A stretch of 64,000 nt of DNA from the NCBI GenBank assembly GCA_963770075.1, contig CAVYOQ010000070.1, positions 1-64,000 on the forward strand. The letters run 5' to 3'. The position numbers and the translations under genes were made by a program. Shown in pieces: positions 11,502-22,033 of this stretch; the first letter of the stretch is position 1; every line of letters starts with the position of its first letter. Origin of the DNA: an uncultured Alphaproteobacteria bacterium. Its GTDB lineage: Bacteria; Pseudomonadota; Alphaproteobacteria; Rhizobiales; Aestuariivirgaceae. The notes under the pieces are model-generated. The model ran no database searches and was not told the origin of the DNA. It was given only the letters and a program-made list of their open reading frames with translations.

Positions 11502-11981
11502 TCACGCCTGCCCGCGGGTGGCCAGCGCCCGGCCGAGGGCATCGGCAAGGCTGCGGCGGTCGAGCTCGGACAAAAAGCTGCCGAACTCGAAGCGCTGGCC
11601 GCCGCGCCTGAGAAAAAGGCGGCCGGCGAAATCGGCGTCCTCGTGTTCGAGCTCCAGCCTCAGGCCGAGGCGCGGCAGGCGCAACTCGGTGGGGGAGCGG
11701 CCCGGCAGTTCGCACTTGAGCACCAGCTCGCTGGTGGTGAGGGTGATCTCCTCGCGCTTGCGGGCTGCTGCAAGGCTTGCGCGCATGGCGAACCAGATGA
11801 GCAGCACATCGAGCCCGAAATAACCAGTCACCGGCCAGGCGCCCATCATCATGAAGGAGACACCGGCGATGAAGCTCACGCCCGCCAGGATCGTCATCAC
11901 CACGGCGAGGCCGGTGGGCGACAGCGGCTCGTTGGGCGTGAGCACCACGGCAAACAGCGGCTTGGCGGGTTGGTCTGTCAT
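11502..11981 (-). CDS. DUF2244-type small membrane protein
   Basis: 159-aa ORF with two hydrophobic helices followed by a charged tail. It lies in a different frame from the over-extended Ada ORF, and its codon and amino-acid composition look normal. Confidence 0.5.
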   Translation of the reverse strand: MTDQPAKPLFAVVLTPNEPLSPTGLAVVMTILAGVSFIAGVSFMMMGAWPVTGYFGLDVLLIWFAMRASLAAARKREEITLTTSELVLKCELPGRSPTELRLPRLGLRLELEHEDADFAGRLFLRRGGQRFEFGSFLSELDRRSLADALGRALATRGQA

Positions 11982-12058
11982 CTTGCTCGACTGAAGCCTT
12001 GACCTTGGCGGGGTAATAGGGGACGTCTTTCACAGATAATTGCGGCGGGAGGGCGGAT

Positions 12059-12709
12059 TTGGCAAGGCGCCGGAAACTCAACGCGGATGAAATCGCGGAC
12101 ATCTTCGCACGCTTCGCCAGGGCCGACCCCAACCCGCAGGGCGAGCTTGAAAGCGTCAACCGGTTCACCTTGCTGGTGGCCGTGGTCTTGTCGGCGCAGG
12201 CGACCGATGAAGGCGTCAATCGAGCGACGCGGGCGCTGTTCAAGGTGGCCGACACGCCGCAGGAGATGGCGGCGCTGGGCGAGGAGCGCCTGAGGGACTA
12301 CATCAAGACCATCGGGCTCTTTCGCAACAAGGCCAAGAACGTCATCGCGCTGTCGCGCCAGCTTGTCGAAAGGCATGGAGGCGAGGTGCCGCACGATCGA
12401 GCCGCGCTGGAGGCCCTGCCGGGCGTGGGGCGCAAGACCGCCAACGTGGTGCTCAACATCGCGTTCGGCGAGCCCACCATCGCCGTCGATACCCACATCT
12501 TCCGCATCTCCAACCGCATCGGCCTTGCGCCGGGCAAGACCCCGGCTGAGGTAGAGGCAGGGTTGGAGAAGGTGGTGCCGGCGGCCTACAAGCTGCACGC
12601 CCATCACTGGCTCATCCTGCACGGGCGTTATGTGTGCAAGGCCAGAAAGCCCGAATGCGGGCGCTGCCTGATCAGCGATGTGTGCCTTTATCCCGACAAG
12701 ACGGCGTGA
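12059..12709 (+). CDS. nth: Endonuclease III (DNA glycosylase/AP lyase)
   Basis: HhH-GPD motif (LPGVGRKTANVV), a catalytic Lys, and the C-terminal 4Fe-4S cluster ligands C-x6-C-x2-C-x5-C. The start at 12059 is probably TTG. Confidence 0.9.
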   Translation: MARRRKLNADEIADIFARFARADPNPQGELESVNRFTLLVAVVLSAQATDEGVNRATRALFKVADTPQEMAALGEERLRDYIKTIGLFRNKAKNVIALSRQLVERHGGEVPHDRAALEALPGVGRKTANVVLNIAFGEPTIAVDTHIFRISNRIGLAPGKTPAEVEAGLEKVVPAAYKLHAHHWLILHGRYVCKARKPECGRCLISDVCLYPDKTA

Positions 12710-12717
12710 GCCCCCGC

Positions 12718-12811
12718 GTGTCATCCCTCGTGCTTGACACGGCGACCCAGGGCACACGGCACGGTCTCAGCGTGTTGCCCTGGGTCGTCAATTCAAGCCC
12801 GACGAGGACAC
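12718..12811. repeat. Nested palindromic REP-like element, copy A
   Basis: gtgtcatccctcgtgCTTGAcacggcgacccagggcacacgg … gtgttgccctgggtcgtcaaTTCAAGcccgacgaggacac. The two arms are inverted copies of each other and each arm contains its own hairpin. It is flanked by gtgagccc / gggctcag and lies between convergent nth and the EI24-like gene. Confidence 0.7.
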
Positions 12812-12821
12812 TGGGCTCAGA

Positions 12822-13490
12822 CTACAGCGACGGCCGGCCGTCGCGCACCAGGCGGTAGTAGTGGGTGAAATAGGCGGTCGCGAACAGTGGCGCGAAGAAG
12901 TTGGCGAAGGGAACGAGGGTCAGCGCGGCGGGGATGAGGCCGGCCATGAAGACGCTGCTCGCATTGTCGGAGCGAAAGCGTCGCGCCTCTTCCGGCGGCA
13001 TGTGGCGGCTAGCCACGAGGCCGAAGAATTCGCGACCCAGGAGATAGGCATTGCCCAGCCACATAACCATCGCCCCGATGCCGAAGAATAAGGCGGGCAA
13101 CAAGATGAGATTGACGGCGAGGCTGAGCAGCGCAAACTCGATGCCGGTGATGAGCGCCGGCATGACGGCAAGCGGTGAGCCCGGCGGCTCGTCGGGGTAA
13201 TGCGCGGCCTCGACCACGTCTGCCACCTCGTCGAGAAACAGCCCGGCGAACATGGCGGTGACGGGAGACAGGAGGAAGATGAAGCCGGCAACGAGGCCGA
13301 GGCCGGTGAGGATTTCCAGCAGCGTCGACAGCCACGGCCACGGCAACTTCACCATCCACGACAGGCTGAGTTCGAGGGCAGTGAGGAGCACGATGAACAG
13401 CAGCACCGTCAGCGCCAGCGACTTCCACACGACGCCACGCAGGGCCGGCGAGGCAATGTCGTTTATCGCTCTCGCAGCGGAAGAAAACAT
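12822..13490 (-). CDS. EI24/CysZ-like (DUF540) integral membrane protein
   Basis: Multi-pass membrane protein. I chose the start at MFSSAARAINDI (13490); the track ORF extends to 13532. Confidence 0.6.
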   Translation of the reverse strand: MFSSAARAINDIASPALRGVVWKSLALTVLLFIVLLTALELSLSWMVKLPWPWLSTLLEILTGLGLVAGFIFLLSPVTAMFAGLFLDEVADVVEAAHYPDEPPGSPLAVMPALITGIEFALLSLAVNLILLPALFFGIGAMVMWLGNAYLLGREFFGLVASRHMPPEEARRFRSDNASSVFMAGLIPAALTLVPFANFFAPLFATAYFTHYYRLVRDGRPSL

Positions 13491-13621
13491 GGGGCCCGGT
13501 CCTCGTTGATGGCATGTGGCAGGTAGGCTCAAGGGCCAGGCTTTGCAAGGCTTGCGCCCAGGCCTTGCCTCTTTATACTCCGCCCGCCCCGCACTTCTCC
13601 TCCCACAAGAAAGGATGCCTC

Positions 13622-14617
13622 ATGGGTGAGCCGCGTTTTGCCGTCGCCGGCATCGGCAATGCCATTGTCGATGTGCTTTCGCGCGTAGACGACCAGTTCC
13701 TCGATCACCACGGCATCGCCAAGAGCGGCATGACGCTGATCGACGAGGAGCGTGCCGCGGCGCTTTATGACGCCATGCCGGCGGCGGTGGAGATATCCGG
13801 CGGCTCGACCGCCAACACCATCGCCGGCCTCGCTGCCTTCGGGTCCAAGGCCGCCTTCATCGGCAAGGTGAAGAACGACCAGCTCGGCCAGGTGTTCAGC
13901 CACGACATTTCAGCACTTGGGGTCGCCTTCGATACCGAGCCTGCAACGCGTGGGGCGGCGACCGCTCGCTGCTTGGTTATGGTGACACCGGACGGCGAGC
14001 GTTCCATGTCGACTTTCCTCGGCGCTTCGGTGGGGCTGGGGCCCGACGACATCGACGACAAGGTGATCGCCGATGCCGGCGTCACCTATCTGGAAGGTTA
14101 TCTGTGGGACCCGCCCGCCGCCAAGGAGGCCTTCAAGAAGGCCGCGCGGCTGGCGCGCAAGCACGGCCGCCAGGTGGCTCTTTCCTTGTCGGACGCCTTC
14201 TGCGTCGAGCGCCATCGCGACAGCTTCCTCGATCTCATCCGCGACGAGGTGGACATCCTGTTCGCCAACGAGGCCGAGATCAAGGCTCTCTATCAGGTGG
14301 GCGTCTTCGATGAGGCCTTGCAGCAGGTGCGCAGGCACTGCCGGCTGGCGGCGCTCACCCGCTCCGCCGCCGGCAGCGTGGTGGTGACGGGCGATGAAGT
14401 GCATGTGGTGGAGGCGGTGAAGATCCCACGGCTGGTGGACGCAACCGGCGCCGGCGATCTCTATGCCGCCGGCTTCCTGCATGGCCTCACTACGGGCCGC
14501 GACCTGGCCGCTTGCGCCCGGCTTGGCTCGCTGGCGGCCTCGGAGGTCATCTCCCACATGGGCGCCCGGCCGGAAAAATCGCTTCATCAGCTCGCTGACG
14601 AAACTGGGTTGAATTAG
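13622..14617 (+). CDS. PfkB-family carbohydrate/nucleoside kinase (adenosine kinase-like)
   Basis: FAVAGIGNAIVDVL… N-terminal motif and a C-terminal DATGAGD ATP-binding motif. ATG at 13622 is preceded by AAAGGA. The upstream part of the track ORF is an over-extension. Confidence 0.8.
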   Translation: MGEPRFAVAGIGNAIVDVLSRVDDQFLDHHGIAKSGMTLIDEERAAALYDAMPAAVEISGGSTANTIAGLAAFGSKAAFIGKVKNDQLGQVFSHDISALGVAFDTEPATRGAATARCLVMVTPDGERSMSTFLGASVGLGPDDIDDKVIADAGVTYLEGYLWDPPAAKEAFKKAARLARKHGRQVALSLSDAFCVERHRDSFLDLIRDEVDILFANEAEIKALYQVGVFDEALQQVRRHCRLAALTRSAAGSVVVTGDEVHVVEAVKIPRLVDATGAGDLYAAGFLHGLTTGRDLAACARLGSLAASEVISHMGARPEKSLHQLADETGLN

Positions 14618-14635
14618 GGCACCGCCTTCTATCCC

Positions 14636-14664
14636 GTCATGGCGGGGCTTGACCCCGCCATCCA
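14636..14664. repeat. REP-like hairpin, copy D (solo or degenerate)
   Basis: gtcatggcggggCTTGAccccgccatcca. Same architecture as copies A-C (GTCAT-stem-GGGCTTGn-stem-ATCCA) but the stem bases differ while staying complementary. It lies between convergent adenosine kinase and moeB. Confidence 0.6.
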
Positions 14665-14761
14665 TTCCGCTTGCTTTTCCGCCTGCTGATGGTTTGGGGG
14701 AATGGACTCCTGGATGAAGTTCCGGAGTGACGGTTGGAGGAAGGCGGTGCGTATCGACTTT

Positions 14762-15574
14762 TCACTCCGCAGCTTCATGCACTGACAGATCGTGAATGGT
14801 CGGGTTTTCACCGTTGAGCGGGTTGGTCGGATCCCAGTTGAGGCGGATGGTCATCACCCTTGCCGACAGGGCATCATAGATGAGGAGTCGCCCGGCGAGG
14901 CTGTCGCCGGCGCCGGTGATCTCCTTGATGGCCTCGAGCGCCTGCATGGAACCGATGACACCGGTGAGGGCGCCGATGATGCCCGCCTCGGCGCAGGTGG
15001 GAACCGTGCCCGGCTCTGGCGCTGCTGGATGCAGGCAGCGATAGGTGGGGAGCTTTTCGCCATCGGGGCCGGGAAGATGCGGCTTGAAGGTGGTGATCTG
15101 CGCATCGAACTGGCCGACGGCGGCCGAGACCAAGGTCTTCTTCGCCAGGAAGCAGGCATCGCAGACGAGAAAGCGGGTGGGGAAGTTGTCGCAGCCGTCG
15201 ATGACGAGGTCATAGCGCGCGATGATGGCGAGCGCGTTGCGGGCGGTGAGACGCACCGGGTGCTGTTCGACCGCCACATGCGGGTTGATGCGGTGGATGC
15301 TTCTTGCAGCACTTTCCGTCTTGAGCATGTCCACGTTGCCGGTGTCGTGGATGACCTGGCGCTGCAGGTTGGAGAGCGCCACGCGGTCATCGTCGATGAT
15401 GCCGAGCGTGCCGACGCCGGCGGCGGCTAGATACATGAGCGCCGGCGCCCCGAGCCCGCCGGCTCCGATCACCAGCACGCGCGCCGTGCGCAAGGCCGCC
15501 TGGCCGGGCCCGCCGATTTCCTTGAGCAGGATGTGGCGGGCATAGCGTTCCAGTTCCAGCGGAGTCATGGCCAT
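14762..15574 (-). CDS. moeB: ThiF/MoeB-family adenylyltransferase (molybdopterin-synthase adenylyltransferase-like)
   Basis: LERYARHILLKEIGGPGQAAL…VLVIGAGGLG… with a Rossmann motif and E1-like fold. Start chosen at MAMTP (15574), 10 bp downstream of the dut stop. Confidence 0.8.
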   Translation of the reverse strand: MAMTPLELERYARHILLKEIGGPGQAALRTARVLVIGAGGLGAPALMYLAAAGVGTLGIIDDDRVALSNLQRQVIHDTGNVDMLKTESAARSIHRINPHVAVEQHPVRLTARNALAIIARYDLVIDGCDNFPTRFLVCDACFLAKKTLVSAAVGQFDAQITTFKPHLPGPDGEKLPTYRCLHPAAPEPGTVPTCAEAGIIGALTGVIGSMQALEAIKEITGAGDSLAGRLLIYDALSARVMTIRLNWDPTNPLNGENPTIHDLSVHEAAE

Positions 15575-15584
15575 GGCCGTAGCC

Positions 15585-16043
15585 TCACTTGCGCCCTGAG
15601 GAGCCGAAGCCGCCGCCGCCGCGCGCGGTCTCATCGAGGCTTTGTGTCTCGCGCCATTCGGCCTGCACCACCGGCGCGACCACGAGCTGGGCGATGCGCT
15701 CGCCATGCGTGATGGTGTGAGGCTCGTTGCCGTGATTGATGAGGATCACCTTGATCTCACCGCGATAGTCCGCATCGATGGTGCCGGGGCTGTTTAGGCA
15801 GGTGATGCCATGCTTCGCGGCGAGCCCGGAGCGCGGTCGTACCTGCGCCTCGTAGCCCTCGGGCAGCGCGATGGCGATGCCGGTCGGCACCAGCGCGCGT
15901 TTGCCGGGCGCCAGGTCGAGTGCGCCGCCCTCGCCCAGGGCCGCGCGCAGATCCATGCCCGCTGCGCCGGCACTCTCGTAAGCGGGAAGCGGCAGGCCAT
16001 CCCCGTGCGGCAGGCGCATGATGGCGACGGCGACCGGCTTCAC
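15585..16043 (-). CDS. dut: dUTP diphosphatase
   Basis: 152-aa ORF with dUTPase motifs (…AGMDLRA…, …[11 protein letters not shown]…). It overlaps coaBC by 4 bp. Confidence 0.92.
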   Translation of the reverse strand: MKPVAVAIMRLPHGDGLPLPAYESAGAAGMDLRAALGEGGALDLAPGKRALVPTGIAIALPEGYEAQVRPRSGLAAKHGITCLNSPGTIDADYRGEIKVILINHGNEPHTITHGERIAQLVVAPVVQAEWRETQSLDETARGGGGFGSSGRK

Positions 16044-17263
16044 GTCGGATCCTTCTCGGCGATGAGGCGGGCAAAGTGGCGCATCAGGCGCCTGGCCACC
16101 TCGCGCTTGTCGAGTCGGGGCCAGTCCTCGACACCGGCCGCCGTCACCAGATGCACCCGGTTGTGGTTGCCGCCCATGATGCCGGTTGAAGCCGAGACGT
16201 CGTTGGCCACGATGAGGTCGGCGCCCTTGGCGGTGAGCTTCGATCCGGCGTTGTCGATGACGTTGTTGGTTTCGGCGGCAAAGCCCACCACCAGCGCTGG
16301 GCGGTTCGTCTTCAGATGGCCGACGGTCTTGAGGATGTCGGGATTGGGCGTGAGCTTGAGTTCAGGCGGCGTCGCGTTGCCGTCCTTCTTCAGCTTGTGG
16401 TCATGGCGTCCGGCCACCCTCCAGTCGGCGACGGCGGCGGCGAAGACGGCGATGTCGCAAGGAAGCTCGGCCCTCGTCGCCTCCAGCATCTCTTCGGCCG
16501 TCTCCACCGGCAGGACCTCGATGCCCGGCGGGACGGCGAGGCTCACCGGTCCAGAGACGAGGATGGTGCGGGCGCCGAGATCGCGCGCGGCTTCAGCCAG
16601 CGCATAGCCCTGGCGCCCGGAGGAGCGGTTGGCGATGTAGCGCACCGGGTCGATGGGTTCGCGTGTCGGCCCGGCGGTGATGACGACCTTCCTGCCCTTG
16701 AGCGGCTGATCGGCGGGGGAAAGGGCGGCGCTGACGGCATCGGCAATGGCTTGCGGTTCGGCCAGGCGTCCGGGGCCGAACTCACCGCAGGCCATGTCGC
16801 CGTCATCGGGGCCGATGACGGCGATGCCGCGGCGTTTAAGCGTTTCGAGATTGGCCTCAGTCGCCGCGTGCAGCCACATGCGCACGTTCATGGCAGGCGC
16901 GATCATCACCGGCTTGTCGGTGGCAAGCAGGGTGGTGGTGGCAAGGTCGTCGGCGATGCCGGCCGCCATCTTCGCCATCAGGTCGGCGGTGGCGGGCACG
17001 ACTACAACGAGGTCGGCAGCGCGCGAGAACTCGATATGGCCCATCTCGGCTTCATGCGTGAGATCGAAGAGTTCGGTATGGACGGGTGCACCGGCCAGCG
17101 CCGAGACCGACAGCGGGGTGACGAACTGGGCTCCGGCGCGGGTGAGGATGGCGTTGACGGCGGCGCCGCGCTTTTTCAGCTCACGGATGAATTCCAGCGC
17201 CTTGTAGGCGGCGATGCCGCCGCCGATGACGACCAGGATGGTTCTGCCTGAAAGCGCGCTCAT
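16040..17263 (-). CDS. coaBC: Bifunctional phosphopantothenoylcysteine decarboxylase / phosphopantothenate-cysteine ligase
   Basis: 407-aa ORF with an N-terminal flavoprotein domain and a C-terminal CoaB domain. Confidence 0.92.
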   Translation of the reverse strand: MSALSGRTILVVIGGGIAAYKALEFIRELKKRGAAVNAILTRAGAQFVTPLSVSALAGAPVHTELFDLTHEAEMGHIEFSRAADLVVVVPATADLMAKMAAGIADDLATTTLLATDKPVMIAPAMNVRMWLHAATEANLETLKRRGIAVIGPDDGDMACGEFGPGRLAEPQAIADAVSAALSPADQPLKGRKVVITAGPTREPIDPVRYIANRSSGRQGYALAEAARDLGARTILVSGPVSLAVPPGIEVLPVETAEEMLEATRAELPCDIAVFAAAVADWRVAGRHDHKLKKDGNATPPELKLTPNPDILKTVGHLKTNRPALVVGFAAETNNVIDNAGSKLTAKGADLIVANDVSASTGIMGGNHNRVHLVTAAGVEDWPRLDKREVARRLMRHFARLIAEKDPT

Positions 17264-17300
17264 GTTACTCTGCCGGTCAGGGGCGAGGACTTGGTTGCCG

Positions 17301-17322
17301 TTATTCCCGCGAAGGCGGGAAT
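17301..17322. terminator. Stem-loop downstream of ubiB
   Basis: tattcccgc-gaag-gcgggaata is a 9-bp perfect stem. A second hairpin cgaagGGCTTGccttcg at 17355-17371 has the same GGGCTTG loop as the REP family. Confidence 0.4.
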
Positions 17323-17401
17323 AGCCGAGGAAAGCATTATGGCATTGCCCGTATCGGGGGCGAAGGGCTTGCCTTCGGTGATGGTTTCCATGGGGCGCCT
17401 C

Positions 17402-18985
17402 CTACCAGATGAGGGCAATGGCGATGGCGATGAGCGCCAGGGCACCCGTCCACAGAGCGATGCGGCCGCCTCGGCCCGCACGGCCTTGCGCGGCGGCGAG
17501 CGCTTCGGTGGTCGATCGGTCGAGATGAATGCCGCCGGTGTCGGCCATCTGCGCCAGCATATGGGCGGTGCGCTGCGCCTCGGCAAGCACCTCCGGCAGG
17601 GCGCTCGCCAGTCGCCCGATGGCCATCGCCCCTTCGGCCGCGTCCTCCATGCGACCTTGCGGTCCCAGCTTTTCCTCGATCCACTCGCGCACCACCGGCT
17701 CGGCCGTCACCCACATGTTGAGGCGCGGATTGAGGCTGCGCGCCACGCCTTCCACCACCACCATGGTCTTCTGCAAAAGGAGAAGCTGCGGCTGGGTATG
17801 CATGTTGAAGCGCTCGGTCACTTGAAAGAGCTGCGAGAGCAGGCGGGCCATGGAAATCTCTTCGGCCTCGCGGTCCATCAGCGGCTCGCCGATGGAGCGC
17901 AGCGCCTGGGCGAAGACGGCCGGGTCCTCGGCGCCCGGCACATAGCCCGCCTCGAAATGCACCCGTGAAACGCGGGTGTAGTCGCGCTTGATGAAGCCGT
18001 AGAGGATTTCGGCGAGGAACCGCCGCTCCTTGAAGCCGAGCCGGCCCATGATGCCGAAATCCACCGCGATAAGGGTGCCGTCGCGGCTGGCGAAAAGATT
18101 GCCCTGATGCATGTCGGCATGGAAGAAACCGTCACGGATGGCATGGCGCAGGAACGACTGGATTATGCTGTCGCCGAGGCGGCCAAGGTCGATGCCGGCG
18201 CCTTTCAGCGCATCGATGTCGGCAAGCGGGATGGCATCGATCCATTCGCAGGTGAGGACGCGGCGGCTGGTGCGCTGCCAGTCGACGTCGGGGATGCGGA
18301 AGCCGGGATCCTTTTGGGTGTTGCCGGCCATCTCCGACATGGCCGCGGCTTCCATGCGCAGATCCATCTCCAGCACCACCGAGCGGGCAAGCGTGCCGAC
18401 CGCATCGAGAGGCCTGAGGCGGCGCGACGGCGGGTGCCAGCGCTCGGCCAGACGAGCGGCAAGGAAGAAGGCATCGAGATCGCGCTGAAAACGCTTCTCG
18501 ACGCCGGGCCTGAGGATCTTGATCGCCACCGCCCGCCCTGGCCCGTCCGCCTCCAGCGTTAGCCCCTTGTGCACCTGGGCGATGGAGGCAGCAGCGACCG
18601 GCGGGCCGATTTCGGCAAAGAGCCTTTCGGCATCCTCGCCGAGACCGTTGCGGATTTCCTTCAGCGCCTCGTCTTTGGGGAAAGGCGGCAGGCGGTCCTG
18701 CAGTGCCATGAGCCTTGCCGCCATGTCGCGGCCGACGATATCGGGGCGGGTGGCGAGGAACTGGCCGAGCTTGATGTAGCTGGGCCCCAGCTCGGTCAAC
18801 GCATCGACGACCGGATTGCCGCTCGAGGTTCGCGGACGCCCGGCGACGAGGCGGCCGATGCGCAAGGCCGCCCGTGCCGGGGCTGGCAACTCCTCCGTCA
18901 TCTCGTCGGGCGGCACCACGTCGTGGCGCAGCATCACCAGTCCGGCGCGGGCGAGCCGCAACAGTTGGCCCAGCGAGGTGAACAT
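17402..18985 (-). CDS. ubiB: Ubiquinone biosynthesis protein kinase UbiB (ABC1/ADCK family)
   Basis: 527-aa ORF with an ABC1 atypical kinase domain and a C-terminal transmembrane helix. It is immediately downstream of ubiE. Confidence 0.9.
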   Translation of the reverse strand: MFTSLGQLLRLARAGLVMLRHDVVPPDEMTEELPAPARAALRIGRLVAGRPRTSSGNPVVDALTELGPSYIKLGQFLATRPDIVGRDMAARLMALQDRLPPFPKDEALKEIRNGLGEDAERLFAEIGPPVAAASIAQVHKGLTLEADGPGRAVAIKILRPGVEKRFQRDLDAFFLAARLAERWHPPSRRLRPLDAVGTLARSVVLEMDLRMEAAAMSEMAGNTQKDPGFRIPDVDWQRTSRRVLTCEWIDAIPLADIDALKGAGIDLGRLGDSIIQSFLRHAIRDGFFHADMHQGNLFASRDGTLIAVDFGIMGRLGFKERRFLAEILYGFIKRDYTRVSRVHFEAGYVPGAEDPAVFAQALRSIGEPLMDREAEEISMARLLSQLFQVTERFNMHTQPQLLLLQKTMVVVEGVARSLNPRLNMWVTAEPVVREWIEEKLGPQGRMEDAAEGAMAIGRLASALPEVLAEAQRTAHMLAQMADTGGIHLDRSTTEALAAAQGRAGRGGRIALWTGALALIAIAIALIW

Positions 18986-18990
18986 GGTTG

Positions 18991-19755
18991 CTAGATCCGC
19001 CAGCCCGAATGGATGGCCACCACGCCGCCGGTGAGCATGCGGTGGCTGACGCGCCCGAACCCGGCCTCGGAAATCATGGCGGTAAAGTGAGTCGCGTCGG
19101 GGAAGTTGCGGATGCTCTCCACCAGATAGCGGTAGGCCGCCCCGTCGCCCGTCACCACCTTGCCGACGGCGGGAATGGCGGTGAAAGAATAGATGTCATA
19201 CAGCGCCTTGAGGCCCGGCACGTCCACTTGCGAGAATTCCAGGCACAGGAACCGCCCGCCCGGTTTCAGCACGCGCCAGGCTTCGCAAAGCGCCTTGTCG
19301 ATACGGGTGACGTTACGGATGCCGAAGGCGATGGTGTAGGCATCGAAGGTGCGGTCGGCGAACGGCAGCGCCTCGGCATTGGCGACCATGAAATCGATGC
19401 GTCCCCCAAGATGCTCGGCCCCGGCCCGGCGGCGGCCCTCGGCGATCATCTCTGCCGAAATGTCGGCAACCGTCACGGTCGTGCCCGGCCCTCCGGCCTT
19501 GACGATGCGCTGGGCGATGTCGCCGGTGCCGCCTGCCACATCGAGCACCGAAAAGGCCTGTCCGCTTTTGGGCGGATGCAGCATGGCGACGAAATCGTCC
19601 TTCCACAGGCGGTGCACGCCCGCCGACATGAGGTCGTTCATCTGGTCGTAGCGCTCGGCCACGCTGGCGAACACCTCGTTCACCAGACCCTGCTTGGCCT
19701 CGGCCCCGACGGCGCGGAAGCCGAAGCGCGCGGTCTCTTTTTCCTCATGGCTCAT
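18991..19755 (-). CDS. ubiE: Ubiquinone/menaquinone biosynthesis C-methyltransferase
   Basis: An [13 protein letters not shown]… start (19755) and SAM-binding motif ([10 protein letters not shown]). Only the C-terminal 254 aa of the 570-aa track ORF are real. Confidence 0.9.
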   Translation of the reverse strand: MSHEEKETARFGFRAVGAEAKQGLVNEVFASVAERYDQMNDLMSAGVHRLWKDDFVAMLHPPKSGQAFSVLDVAGGTGDIAQRIVKAGGPGTTVTVADISAEMIAEGRRRAGAEHLGGRIDFMVANAEALPFADRTFDAYTIAFGIRNVTRIDKALCEAWRVLKPGGRFLCLEFSQVDVPGLKALYDIYSFTAIPAVGKVVTGDGAAYRYLVESIRNFPDATHFTAMISEAGFGRVSHRMLTGGVVAIHSGWRI

Positions 19756-19848
19756 GGCGATGGGACCATAGACCAATGGCGGCGGGAAGGCTATTGCAGA
19801 ACCGCCGCGCCGCGTCGGTGGCGAAGCGCTTGCAACGAGGCAGGGACC

Positions 19849-20757
19849 ATGCCCGAACTGCCCGAAGTGGATACGGTGAGACGCGGCCTTGAGCCGGTGC
19901 TGGTGGGGCGCAGCATCGTCAAGGTGACGCTTGCCCGTAGCGACTTGCGCTTTGCCTTCCCAAAAGATTTCGCCGCGCGGCTGGAGGCTGCGACCGTCAC
20001 TGCCCTTCACCGCCGGGGAAAATATCTGCTCGCGGCCCTGTCGACCGGCGAGACCTGGCTCATGCATCTCGGCATGACCGGCCGCTTCACCGTGATCGCC
20101 CCCAACGGGCGCCCGCAAGGCCTGGGCGAGTTCTATTATGAGAGCGCGGCCGGGCCTGAGGCGCGGGGGCCGCATGATCATGTGGTTATCGATCTGGAGG
20201 GCGGCTGGCGCATCATCTATTCCGACGCGCGCCGCTTCGGCATCATGGACATCATCCCAGTGGGGCTCGAAGCTGAACATCGGCTCTTGAAGGATATGGG
20301 GCTCGAACCGCTCGGCAACGCGATGAACGCCGACAACCTGGCAAAAGCCTTCCGCGGCAAGAAGGCCCCGCTCAAGGCGGCGCTGTCGGACCAGAAGATC
20401 ATCGCCGGGCTCGGTAATATCTATGTGTGCGAGGCGCTGTTTCGCGCCCGCCTGTCGCCATTCGCACCGGCATCGAGCCTTGTCACCAAGACGGGGGCGC
20501 CCTGCGCGAGCCTCGAACGGCTGGTTATGGCCATCCGCGAGGTGCTGACCGAGGCGCTGAAGGCCGGCGGCTCCACCTTGCGCGACTATGCCGGCGCCGA
20601 CGGCGCGCCAGGCGCCTTCCAGCAGCATTTCGACGTCTACGACCGCGAGGACGAGACGTGCCGGCGCCCCGGTTGCGGCGGCATTATCAAGCGGCTGGCG
20701 CAATCCGGCCGCTCCACCTTCTATTGCCCGCGCTGCCAGCGCCGCACCGGCTCTTGA
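19849..20757 (+). CDS. mutM: Formamidopyrimidine-DNA glycosylase
   Basis: MPELPEVDT… with the catalytic Pro2/Glu3, an H2TH domain and a C-terminal CPRCQ zinc finger. ATG is at 19849. Confidence 0.92.
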   Translation: MPELPEVDTVRRGLEPVLVGRSIVKVTLARSDLRFAFPKDFAARLEAATVTALHRRGKYLLAALSTGETWLMHLGMTGRFTVIAPNGRPQGLGEFYYESAAGPEARGPHDHVVIDLEGGWRIIYSDARRFGIMDIIPVGLEAEHRLLKDMGLEPLGNAMNADNLAKAFRGKKAPLKAALSDQKIIAGLGNIYVCEALFRARLSPFAPASSLVTKTGAPCASLERLVMAIREVLTEALKAGGSTLRDYAGADGAPGAFQQHFDVYDREDETCRRPGCGGIIKRLAQSGRSTFYCPRCQRRTGS

Positions 20758-20826
20758 ATCAGTGAGGCGTTGGGGCTCTATAGACTAAAGACGCCAACGA
20801 ACCCGACAAACTTCAAGGAGCCCCCC

Positions 20827-21600
20827 ATGTCCTACAGCGCCATCCTGATGGAGACCCGCGACCGGGTCGGCCTTATCACCCTCAACCGTCCTGACGCGCT
20901 CAACGCGCTCAACGCCACCCTCATCGGCGAGCTCAACCAGGCGCTCGATGGCTTCGAGGCCGACGGGGCGATCGGGGCGGTGGTGATCACCGGCTCGGCC
21001 AAGGCCTTTGCCGCCGGCGCCGACATCAAGGAAATGCAGTCGAAGGATTACATGGACGCCTATCTCGGCGACTTCATCGCGCCATGGGAGCGGGTGAGCC
21101 GCTGCCGCAAGCCGGTGATCGCGGCGGTGGCGGGCTATGCGCTGGGCGGCGGCTGCGAGCTCGCCATGATGTGCGACTTCATCATCGCCGCCGAAACGGC
21201 GAAGTTCGGTCAGCCGGAGATCAAACTCGGGGTCATGCCAGGGGCCGGCGGCACCCAGCGCCTCACCCGCTTCGTGGGCAAGTCGAAAGCCATGGAGATG
21301 GTGCTCACCGGGCGCATGATGGATGCCGCCGAGGCTGAGCGGGCGAGCCTCGTCTCGCGCATCGTTCCCGCCGACGGGCTTATCGACGAGGCGGTGAAGG
21401 TGGCGGGTCAGATCGCCGGCCTGTCGCGCCCGGTGGTGGTGATGGCCAAGGAGGCGGTCAACCGCGCCTATGAGACGACGCTGGCCGAAGGGGTACGCTT
21501 CGAGCGCCGCCTGTTCCACTCCATGTTTGCCCTCGAAGACCAGAAAGAAGGCATGCAGGCCTTTATCGACAAGCGCTCGCCGGCCTTCAAGGGCCGTTGA
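20827..21600 (+). CDS. Enoyl-CoA hydratase (crotonase family)
   Basis: Crotonase fold with the catalytic Glu pair motif (…[11 protein letters not shown]…). ATG is at 20827. Confidence 0.85.
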   Translation: MSYSAILMETRDRVGLITLNRPDALNALNATLIGELNQALDGFEADGAIGAVVITGSAKAFAAGADIKEMQSKDYMDAYLGDFIAPWERVSRCRKPVIAAVAGYALGGGCELAMMCDFIIAAETAKFGQPEIKLGVMPGAGGTQRLTRFVGKSKAMEMVLTGRMMDAAEAERASLVSRIVPADGLIDEAVKVAGQIAGLSRPVVVMAKEAVNRAYETTLAEGVRFERRLFHSMFALEDQKEGMQAFIDKRSPAFKGR

Positions 21601-21698
21601 CGCCCGCCGGGCCTGACGATATAAGCCGTCGCCAAAGCGGCAGGCGAAAGCGTGTGCCGTAACCATATTTGTTTTTCATAATCGAGGACTGCAACGCC

Positions 21699-21965
21699 AT
21701 GGCGAACACCAGATCGGCCAAGAAGGCCGTGCGCCAGATCACCCGCCGTACTGAGACCAACAAGGCCCGCCGCACCCGCATGCGCTCGAGCGTGCGCAAG
21801 GTCGAAGAGGCCATCGCTTCGGGCGACAAGGCCGTCGCCGAGGCGGCGCTGAGGGCCGCCCAGCCGGAGCTGATGCGCAGCGCCCAAAAGGGCGTGCTGC
21901 ACAAGAATACCGCATCGCGGAAGGTTTCGCGCCTGTCGCACCGCATCAGCCAGATGGGCGCCTGA
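21699..21965 (+). CDS. rpsT: 30S ribosomal protein S20
   Basis: 88-aa [13 protein letters not shown]… is a canonical S20. ATG is at 21699. Confidence 0.9.
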   Translation: MANTRSAKKAVRQITRRTETNKARRTRMRSSVRKVEEAIASGDKAVAEAALRAAQPELMRSAQKGVLHKNTASRKVSRLSHRISQMGA

Positions 21966-22004
21966 GCACTTAGCCTTTCGACTCTAAATTCCTTTGTTTT
22001 TAGC

Positions 22005-22033
22005 GGCGCCCGCTCGGGCGCCGTTTCTTTTCC
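22005..22033 (+). terminator. Rho-independent terminator of rpsT
   Basis: ggcgcccg-ctc-gggcgcc followed by gtttcttttcc. Confidence 0.7.

Noticed and set aside
11434-12255. Upstream 274 aa of the 578-aa Ada-like ORF
   Set aside because: This part overlaps the DUF2244 gene in another frame and is Ser/Thr/Arg low complexity. The AraC-HTH starts right after MVNAMMM, so the start was set at 11433.
19756-20703. Upstream 316 aa of the 570-aa ubiE ORF
   Set aside because: Antisense to mutM. UbiE homology begins at MSHEEKE (19755).
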